From Diplonema japonicum (lineage: Eukaryota > Protista > Euglenozoa: Diplonemea), in assembly GCA_964019335.1 (NCBI GenBank), contig OZ025719.1, positions 427,450-491,449 on the forward strand: a stretch of DNA of 64,000 nucleotides. Direction: 5' to 3'. Below, piece by piece: positions 57,101 through 64,000 of this stretch (position 1 is the first letter of the stretch; every line of letters starts with the position of its first letter). The translations under genes were made by a program, and so were the position numbers. The notes under the pieces were generated by a model that saw nothing but the letters and a program-made list of their open reading frames with translations, searched no databases and had not been told where the DNA came from.

Positions 57101-57320
57101 AGAGTACGATAAAAGGCTCCAAGAGCAAGTCAGTGCACGCATTATTGAAGAGTCACGTTCTGTGGTAGAGCTGCAGAGGAATTACCGTGCTGGCACAGAG
57201 CACAGCAATATGATTGACACTTTCAGCCAGCCCGATACTCTGATGGTTCTCCGACTCGGTAGGGCGCCATGGGCTCCTTCATGGGCATACACTACCACAA
57301 GGCCACCAAGGAGCTTTTAG
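54189..57320 (+). CDS. RING finger + vWA (with inserted RanBP2/NZF finger) + uncharacterised helical domain protein
   Basis: CALC...LPCGHTYCYTC...CPQRC (RING); IVLDRSPSM/ITFDS/VVSDG (MIDAS); WECTVCTFLNPTIAKKCEICET (NZF with TF motif). Confidence 0.85.
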   Translation: MECALCFECYAVSGETCPYSLPCGHTYCYTCLTKLHPLKCPQRCASAGLELSKLTKNFGLIEHMESVMRQPVHVDPHAKMVMDRMKVQIYQLPYSSVVKIKPAWGSTRPRSLPLPVIVLDRSPSMGGALRWIINVAVPEALEQLGYASSNSVKLITFDSTTEVVQVRGRDPTIQNLRNIPVSGRGTRTMMAPAVAELGRTLSQGGAYNVIVVSDGFVDDMDDTKRNAVAAATRVPADSRIAFAMIRFFNGHPPDTVALSMCGALGTTGPAPVVDCEPPAQWECTVCTFLNPTIAKKCEICETPSGGAAGIGKDDGPLHTFIKVFSDAFATQMLDHVKVRGRVSRLPLSSCALTTIEVPVGVESFLQLDSNELVVDGEQCEFQLCSEGEAGLGLSGQLEGELDPYFYAVLAQLRLWLLAGTRSGEFHEIVDLCRSVLNTRSDQAAGGVGLLQRAWVLRKNVERTESTLSRITALASSEQFVQELGSKQQGDFLRNSSVAKSDRLLARRALGPDIIYHDSCRACLESVSIPAARSDTLKSCYGGSTYVDVMRAAKCLAGAAADLSAADILQVVGGFGVPYHAVVGNPEDAWTMTVCALDPMQHLSESDIWAAKTRRSDIQLHTGIQATGVIPLPVCDPVAHMQYMTSLRPVVLLQLGSQLNAQLPVKPWGWANLFSNPAGGPPDHSHALRDGILARAAACLTYAIETYFGSRCASSAETALTEQLVKEVEEQGCNELPNSCPIFLSLVRELSIGDPARAASLLQDSLSHQTILKLVAAIVTARARGARTQSCSLLRALHECCVVLAFKKLGPLSKTQRRNMILDLCCSNYEEKTTPIIPEAVAEALKRHKNCIEGDHDLFGEEHAHIVRCYDEVRPPLDMSMKLGELQWTTSKLSVGLFKVLSVPAGSLAVEARGNDASEVFTGEKNNPGVAYVLASIAVNAIEGGKLISGAVDNVDFAKTYLKRKVAACFREEYDKRLQEQVSARIIEESRSVVELQRNYRAGTEHSNMIDTFSQPDTLMVLRLGRAPWAPSWAYTTTRPPRSF

Positions 57321-58070
57321 GAGAACGACCGGCTTACACACCAACAGGTAGATGAGCACTCTATCCTCAGCTCTCTACTTCAAAACATCCTCCCTTTATC
57401 TGCAACCTTTTCTCAACATTTTTCTAAAGCTTTCGTTTCATTGTTGTTTCTGCACATCCCATCTACATGAGATTTCAGATTTGTAGATACCACCGCTAGC
57501 TCGGCCCTAGGATGCGAACGCGGACTTGATCTCCGCTAGCCCGCGGCTGGGCTTGCGTGTCGTGTTCCTCCGTTGCCTACAGGGGAAGTCGTGCCACTTC
57601 ATCGAGGAGTTCAAAGCTCACAGCCGTCTCGCATCATTCCAGTGCCGTCAGCCATCTTCTACCTTTCCAGATTCTTCAATTGAAACAACAACCAGAAAAC
57701 AAAAATGTTACACTTGTTTGCATCTCAAGAAAATGACGTACACAGTGTAATCTCGCAGCGTGGCAGGCTCAATGTGGAGAGAAGATGCGGAGTAAATGGT
57801 GCTTGATTCAGTCAAAGGGAATGGTGTTCTGTTACGGGATGACTATCGCATCAACGCAAAGTTGACCAAGGCGATGCGGTGATGGGCTGTCCAATTCCAG
57901 CCATGGGTTGTGTTGACACATCGACCTGTGGGGTGCAACCGGTGAACTCCAGTATTTCTGGCTGGGGAAGAGGGCGTAAACAGTATTCTTTTTCTCTCTT
58001 ATTGAATTAATATTCTATTTCCCCCCCTTCTATTTGCATCATTCTGATAATAAATGCAGGTTCAAAAGAA

Positions 58071-61000
58071 ATGCAAAAGAAACAACAAGTCTCGTATTGC
58101 CGCGCAGTGAAGATGAAGTACTGCCGGACGAAGGTGGATCTGCAAACTGCTATGAGTGTAGTGTTGAACGCAAAAAGTGTTGCAGTAGACTTGGAAGGGC
58201 ATGACCTTGGACGTGAAGGGAAGATATCACTTGTCCAGCTGTGCTGTGAAAAAGGACTGTACATCATCGACGTGATGGAGGTGCCGTTAGACGCACTCAT
58301 CTCGTACATGCGGAAGCTCTTTTCGAGTGATGCGCAAAAGCTGATGTACGACTGCAGGTCAGACTGCGACGCGATGTATCATTTGTGGGGCGTAAAGTTC
58401 AATCGCATAATCGACGTCCAGCTCCTTGAAGTAATGTCAAGGAAAAAGAAGGGGGACCCAAGCAACACACGCATCAAATCCTTGAAACAGTGCATGAAGG
58501 AGTTTGCCGTGGGGAACACCACCAATCAAGATGTGGTTTCAAAGAGGATGCGAGAGGGAGGCAGCGCATTCTGGATGGAGCGCCCGCTTGATGGACAGCT
58601 TTTAGAATATGCAGCCGAGGATGTGTCACTGCTTCAGGAACTGTTTGAGAAGATTAGGGGGGCACGTGCCGGTTCATGGCCAAGCATCGGGGAGGCTCTC
58701 GGTGCGTCCTCCAGATACGCGGACTTGAAGGTGGCCGTGGATGATACGGAAGTCCTCAGCTCCAAGTTTTACAACAACGCGCTGCTCCCTCTGATGATCA
58801 CAGGTACAAGTAGAAACTGCATGCAGTTATGTAAAGGCTGCAAACGAAAAGTAAAAGCACAAAAGAAAGGGTCGTACTGCGTTGTATGTCAGAACTTCGA
58901 GTTCCAGGAGGGCAGTCCGGGGTATCCAAAAACTACTCGACAGCAACTGATGGGTATCGCCTTCTCAAAAGACAGAGAAGGCAAACGCCCAATTTTTGCA
59001 AAACGAGACTACAAGATAGAACTCCCTACATTGAAAAGTGTAATCCCGCACAACCTCCTTCAAAACCTAGCTGCATCTGCAGAAGAATCAAGGAGGAAGA
59101 AAGGATGGTACGGTGCAGGGTACCTAAAAGACTTGTACGTTGCTGAGAGGCTGGGGTCGAAGGGAAAGGGGCGCTTGACACGTGAAGCTGCCCTTCTGAA
59201 AGAAGCAACTGCAAGAAGGCTCTTTAGGGATTTGCTGATTGTTGAAACAACACAGAACATGAGTGATGTTAGAGCGTATGATTTGCGTAATACTAAGATC
59301 CCTCGTGGTGAAGGGTCGAATAACAAATTCCACCTTATCTATTGCAGCGGACTTGCTGAGAAGCGTCCCAGTGTGTTGATTGGTGACAAGGTTCGTGTGC
59401 AAGACAATGCGACATTAAACTGGCACCTGGGCTTCGTGTACTACGTTAACCTAGACCATTTGGTCGTGTCATTCGGCTCCAGTTTCCCGGAGAAGACAAC
59501 GTTTCATGTGATCTTCGATATGCCTGTGACAAACTGGAGGAAGCAATTCCTCGCACTTGACAAGACACCATTGTTGACAGGCAAGTATATCGACAACAAC
59601 TTTGCAGATTGTCACAACCGCACACCGAGTGGTGCGAGTCACTGGCACACAGGTTCCACACTGAACTCAGAGCAGAAAGAGTGTGTGAACAGGATTCTGC
59701 ATCCTGCCCCACCGATGAAGCACCATCTTGTGCTGCTGCACGGCCCACCTGGGACAGGCAAAACTACAACTCTAGTCACTGCAATCAATCTCCTGCTGAA
59801 GCAAGGTACATTTGACCACACACGCTCGAACCGTCCACGTATATTGGTGGCCACGCCAAGCAACGAAGCTGCGAATCTACTGTTTGAACGTCTGGTCAAG
59901 TGTGGAGGTGCGTCGTCAAGTCCTAAGCACATCCGCTTGTTGGCAGAAAGCTACGATATCAGTAACTGTCCTGAGAAAGTCCAAAGGTTTGCAAAACGAG
60001 CATCGAGTCTGAATGTGACCGATTTGGTAGGGGCTGAGTTAATCGTATGCACACTGATGGTGACAGGGACCTTGTACTCAATGGGTCTTGAGAAGGGAAC
60101 ATTCACGCACATTGCAATTGACGAGGCAGGTCAGGCAACAGAAACCGAGATTCTGGTGCCATTGCAGTTTATGAAGGGCCCGTCCTTCTCTCTCGGGGAG
60201 CGTGGGACAAGCGTCAGCCTTGCTGGTGACCACAAGCAATTGGGACCGGTACTCAGGTCAATGCCTTCCAAGATTCTTGGGTTTGGAGTGTCAACACTGG
60301 AGCGTCTGTTGAACACTTGCCCACAGCATTCGGTGCAGCTTCTGGATAGCTACCGAGCCCACCCCAGCATCATGGCTGTGTACAACGAGTTGACATACAA
60401 TAACACTCTCCGCGCATGTGCACCGTTTGCGAAAAGGGAACTCTTGAAGGGCACTTCCCTCTTTCCAAACAGCAGCTTTACTCCATCACCGCAGTTCCAC
60501 CCTCTTGCATTCTACCATGTAGAGGGAAAGGAAGCACGTGAGGAAGATTCGCCATCGTGGAAGAACGAAGCAGAAGCCTTCAAAGTAGTTGATTTAGTTG
60601 AAGAGTTGCTGAGAACCATGAAGCTCGGGTTTGAGGATATTGTCGTGCTGACACCGTACCTGAAGCAGTGCAAGGTGATCCGTGATAAAATTCACTTTAA
60701 GTTTGAGGGCGGATCCCCTCCATTCTCGAAGCCGCTGAACTACAAGAGGAGCCAGTTGCCAATCCGTGTGTGTTCTGTGGAGTCTTTCCAAGGACGTGAA
60801 GCAGACGTTGTCATCCTGTCTTGTGTGCGTTCGCAAGAGGCAGAAGAGGTGCCGAACGACCATAAGCAGAGTATTGGGTTCCTGCAACAGCCGCAGAGGC
60901 TCAATGTGGCTATCAGCCGCCCCATATCTGGGTTGTTTGTGGTGGGGAACGTAGGAACACTGATGTCTGACCCTCATTGGGAGAAGTTGATTGAGATATT

Positions 61001-61202
61001 CCACCATAGGTTCAGCGCTATTCTGCATTCCTCTAGTAAGTCAGAGCTTACTGACACAGCTTTCGAACACATCAAAGCAAGGTACGCGAGCCAGACCTCG
61101 AGGATGAAGAACCACGCAAAGAATTGGGCGCACACCGTTCATACAAAAGACGAGTATGAGGCCTTCTCTCCTGTGGATACAGAATGGAACCGCCCGGAGT
61201 AG
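58071..61202 (+). CDS. EXD1/Egalitarian-like DEDDy 3'-5' exonuclease fused to a MOV10/SDE3-like UPF1-family helicase
   Basis: Exonuclease: VAVDLEG, YDCRSD, IIDVQLL, FWMERPL...YAAEDV. Helicase: GLAEKRPSVLIGD, GPPGTGKT, PSNEAA, FTHIAIDEAGQ, LAGDHKQLGP, YRAHP, SVESFQGRE, RLNVAISR. Alternative ATG at 58113. Confidence 0.9.
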   Translation: MQKKQQVSYCRAVKMKYCRTKVDLQTAMSVVLNAKSVAVDLEGHDLGREGKISLVQLCCEKGLYIIDVMEVPLDALISYMRKLFSSDAQKLMYDCRSDCDAMYHLWGVKFNRIIDVQLLEVMSRKKKGDPSNTRIKSLKQCMKEFAVGNTTNQDVVSKRMREGGSAFWMERPLDGQLLEYAAEDVSLLQELFEKIRGARAGSWPSIGEALGASSRYADLKVAVDDTEVLSSKFYNNALLPLMITGTSRNCMQLCKGCKRKVKAQKKGSYCVVCQNFEFQEGSPGYPKTTRQQLMGIAFSKDREGKRPIFAKRDYKIELPTLKSVIPHNLLQNLAASAEESRRKKGWYGAGYLKDLYVAERLGSKGKGRLTREAALLKEATARRLFRDLLIVETTQNMSDVRAYDLRNTKIPRGEGSNNKFHLIYCSGLAEKRPSVLIGDKVRVQDNATLNWHLGFVYYVNLDHLVVSFGSSFPEKTTFHVIFDMPVTNWRKQFLALDKTPLLTGKYIDNNFADCHNRTPSGASHWHTGSTLNSEQKECVNRILHPAPPMKHHLVLLHGPPGTGKTTTLVTAINLLLKQGTFDHTRSNRPRILVATPSNEAANLLFERLVKCGGASSSPKHIRLLAESYDISNCPEKVQRFAKRASSLNVTDLVGAELIVCTLMVTGTLYSMGLEKGTFTHIAIDEAGQATETEILVPLQFMKGPSFSLGERGTSVSLAGDHKQLGPVLRSMPSKILGFGVSTLERLLNTCPQHSVQLLDSYRAHPSIMAVYNELTYNNTLRACAPFAKRELLKGTSLFPNSSFTPSPQFHPLAFYHVEGKEAREEDSPSWKNEAEAFKVVDLVEELLRTMKLGFEDIVVLTPYLKQCKVIRDKIHFKFEGGSPPFSKPLNYKRSQLPIRVCSVESFQGREADVVILSCVRSQEAEEVPNDHKQSIGFLQQPQRLNVAISRPISGLFVVGNVGTLMSDPHWEKLIEIFHHRFSAILHSSSKSELTDTAFEHIKARYASQTSRMKNHAKNWAHTVHTKDEYEAFSPVDTEWNRPE

Positions 61203-61797
61203 GTAACTATTATTTGTCTTTGTGCCGAGCAAGTAATTCTACTTTTACTTTACTTACCTTTTTTACTTAAAAACCAAAGACGACAAGTTCAAGCTATTAT
61301 TATTTCAGGCAGCAAACCCGGCAAACATAGCCTCCTTTATCATATTATTTTGCTGTTTGTTCTTTTTTTTTTAAACACTTCTTTATCGTTTTGTTCAGTC
61401 ACTCGACTGTCCCCGTATTTCTTTTTAATTATTAAAAGGTGTTATGAAAGAACTGTACCGTTTTCGTTCCATATTAAGTACAGCTACGGTGTTCAAGGTT
61501 TTTAACCTAATTTAACAACTTTATTATTAATTTTAGATACGTCATCTCAGTTTTTCTTCGATCAGCCGAATTCTGCTCAGCAGCATTCTAGATAGATCGT
61601 TAGGAAGAACAAACAACCCATTTTCTTTTGTATCGCTTTTATCGGATTTGACTGTTACAGCGAGTTCATGAACCGTGTCGGTCTTTATCATTAATCATTA
61701 ATCCATAGCCAACACTAGCTTCCTTAATCTCTTATATTTATTCCCCCTCCTTTTTTCCAATTGTACTTGCATCAAACAACAAAAGGTTTCAAAAAAA

Positions 61798-63195
61798 ATG
61801 AAAATTTTACTTGCTGCTGTTGCACTGGGGGCCTTGCTCGCCTCCGTGGAAGGCGATGCGCTCAGTCCTCCCGCTTGCGGGCCGCGTGTGAGGAAGGGGT
61901 GGTCGATGCTGTCGTGCGCTGAGAGGGAGCATTATATTGATGCGGTGCGGACGTTCCACTCGGAGAACACCTCCGACTACCACGACTTCTCGCAGCTGCA
62001 CCAGAACAACGGGGGGTACGCGCACTGGACGTCTGCCTTCCTCCCCTGGCACCGCTGGTTCCTGGTCGGGTACGAGAACGCCCTGCGCTCCCTCCCCGGG
62101 TTCGAGTGCGTGACGGTCCCGTACTGGGACTGGGAGAGGGACGACGCGGAGGAGCGCTTCAGCACACCCTTCCGTGCGAAGACCTTCGGAACGCTGGCCG
62201 GTGTGGGGGGCCGGCCCGACAACTGCGTGACGGATGGGGTTGCGGCGGGGTGGACGGCGTCTGACCGGCGGTGCCTCTCCAGGAATTGGGGCGGGGCCGG
62301 GTTCACAGGGGCAATGGAGATCTCGGCGATCATCACCTCGAACAACGACTTCGCGGACTTCCACCCCGCCTTGGAGGGGAACCCGCACGCCGCCCCGCAC
62401 TTCTACGTCGGCGGCCACATGGAGTCGTACCTGAGCCCCGACGACCCGCTCTTCTTCGTGCACCACGCGAACGTGGACAGGATATGGGCCCTGTGGCAGG
62501 ACTACCACGGCTACGACGAGGTCCCGAAAGACGCCCTCAACGAGACCATCTACTTCTCCGCGTCGCCCGCTAATGACATGAGCCTGGAGGGGACGCTGCC
62601 CTTCAGCGTGGACGGAAGCAGGACCCCCACCTTCTTCAAGGACCACCCCGCCACCATCCGCGACATGCACAGCATCACAGACCTCCCGCACGGTGCGAGC
62701 TACACCTACGGCACGGACAACATTGCGGACCTCATTGGGAGCCCTTCAGAAGGGAGCTGGGATCTGGTTGTTCCCGGGACGGCCCCGAAGCTGACATGTT
62801 GTGGGGACGGGACGGTGGACACTGCGGAGATGGGGGGTGCCGAGGAGTGCGACGACGGGAACACTGTTGATGGGGACGGCTGTTCCTCCACCTGTGTGAG
62901 CGAGGGCGTCTCCACCAGGGAGGGGGCCACTCTCGACACCGACTTACAGGATGACCGTGCAAGCTACAAGGAGCACTACCTCTCAGACAAGGAAATCGAG
63001 TTGATGTTCGACGAGGCAGACGCGACGAGGGAGAAGGAGGGGGAGAGCAAGTCTGCTATGTTTAAAGACCTTGCGCAGGAGGAATGCTACAGACATTCCA
63101 CCTCCCAAGACCAGATCTCGGACTCTTTCATCTCCATGATGAGGGCGCCGGTCTCTGCCCGTTCGCTGTACAAGCCTTGCGGCTCTCTGGGGTGA
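61798..63195 (+). CDS. Secreted tyrosinase (type-3 copper) with a Myxococcus-type Cys-rich repeat
   Basis: CuA LH...AH..AFLPWHR; CuB PHAAPH...SPDDPLFFVHHANVDRIW; CGDG..D...EECDDGN..DGDGCSSTC. Confidence 0.92.
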   Translation: MKILLAAVALGALLASVEGDALSPPACGPRVRKGWSMLSCAEREHYIDAVRTFHSENTSDYHDFSQLHQNNGGYAHWTSAFLPWHRWFLVGYENALRSLPGFECVTVPYWDWERDDAEERFSTPFRAKTFGTLAGVGGRPDNCVTDGVAAGWTASDRRCLSRNWGGAGFTGAMEISAIITSNNDFADFHPALEGNPHAAPHFYVGGHMESYLSPDDPLFFVHHANVDRIWALWQDYHGYDEVPKDALNETIYFSASPANDMSLEGTLPFSVDGSRTPTFFKDHPATIRDMHSITDLPHGASYTYGTDNIADLIGSPSEGSWDLVVPGTAPKLTCCGDGTVDTAEMGGAEECDDGNTVDGDGCSSTCVSEGVSTREGATLDTDLQDDRASYKEHYLSDKEIELMFDEADATREKEGESKSAMFKDLAQEECYRHSTSQDQISDSFISMMRAPVSARSLYKPCGSLG

Positions 63196-64000
63196 GCATG
63201 GGGAGGCAAACGGATATCAACAATCCACTTAGTCGAAGAATTTTTTACCTCTGCCCCCTCTTTTTTTTTTTTGCGGCTTTAGCTTTTCCTCTATCGTGTT
63301 TTTCTTTTTTGGTGGGCCGTTGCTAACCACTTCGTTCCTATCATGGTGAATTATTTTTTCCCCTTACAAGAACCTATTTTTCATACACAAGAAAATGATT
63401 GACGAACAACACAAAGGCATAAGTTGCAATGAATTGTTTTTTTTTTTTTTTTTTTCTTTGCAGGTAGAGGAGACGTCACTTTTTCCATTTTTTTTTTGTT
63501 GGAACAAGTAGACAAACTTTGAAAAGAATTGTTGTTGCGAAAAAAAAGAGCAGAAGCAGCTTGTCTGTGAATCTCTACTGTAGATGAAACCGGCTACTGT
63601 CCCTTTTTTTTTACAAAAACCTATTCTCATACAATAGAAAAAGAAAATGATTCGATTTCTTTGTGCAAACTTGTATATAAGTTGCAACTGGATGAATTGT
63701 TTTTCTTATAACTCTCCCCTCGTTTCTTTCGCCTTTGTGGCATGCATGGCACTGTCATGGTTTTCCTGTTTTGTTTTCCAAAAGAAAAACTATCCTTGAA
63801 CCAAGGTTTTATCTCTATCTTTTGCTTTTTTATTTTTCCACATCTTCCCACTTTTCTTTTTCCTTCAAATTCAATTAAGGTGGAACAAGGTTTCCTTTTT
63901 TTTTTTTATCTCCCCCCCCTCTCCTCGCGACTCGTTTCGCCGAGCACTGCAGAAGTGATATTTTTCGAGTGCTTTGCACGAAAACGGGGATCGTAGTTTT

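Noticed and set aside
57500-57900. Coding-like stretch between the RING-vWA and helicase genes
   Set aside because: Fragmented frames with no identifiable family, so not called as a feature.
173-63851. Numerous minus-strand ORFs in the track (e.g. 61807-62691, 48528-49259, 45083-45799, 1278-1922)
   Set aside because: Antisense shadows of codon-biased + strand genes with no recognisable motifs.

Overview
Eukaryotic, not prokaryotic, DNA. About 30 protein-coding genes all lie on the + strand, often only 30-100 nt apart. They carry very short GT-AG introns (31-53 nt, mostly GTATG...ACAG) and usually have a (C/A)CAG acceptor-like site just before the ATG. This fits polycistronic, trans-splicing euglenozoan DNA, most likely a diplonemid (inference). 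Recognisable products: SAM-domain protein, bromodomain-MRG (BDF5-like), DUF3754/TMEM143, C2H2 zinc-finger protein followed by a lone 5S rRNA gene, TMEM243-like, Mpv17/PMP22, HNH-like/coiled-coil protein, PARP-like ART-vWA protein, NADH-cytochrome b5 reductase, CCCH protein, TLC protein, threonine dehydrogenase, atypical Rab-like GTPase, prenylcysteine oxidase, IP3 receptor with an inserted cNMP-homology domain, S10 carboxypeptidase, two paralogous membrane proteins flanking a nucleoredoxin/tryparedoxin-like gene, cathepsin Z, GPI-type surface protein, LpqC/PHB-depolymerase-like esterase, RING-vWA-NZF protein, DEDDy exonuclease fused to a MOV10/SDE3-like helicase, and tyrosinase. Best findings: (1) an iodothyronine-deiodinase-like selenoprotein, split in the ORF track by an in-frame UGA, with a type II SECIS at about 54040-54112; (2) the EXD1-like exonuclease/MOV10-like helicase fusion; (3) the ART-vWA and RING-vWA proteins, which appear to share an uncharacterised domain; (4) the IP3R-CNB-homology fusion; (5) a 150-bp MITE-like element and a spliced 54-aa microprotein missed by the ORF track. 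All family calls come from motif recognition by eye; no database search was run.
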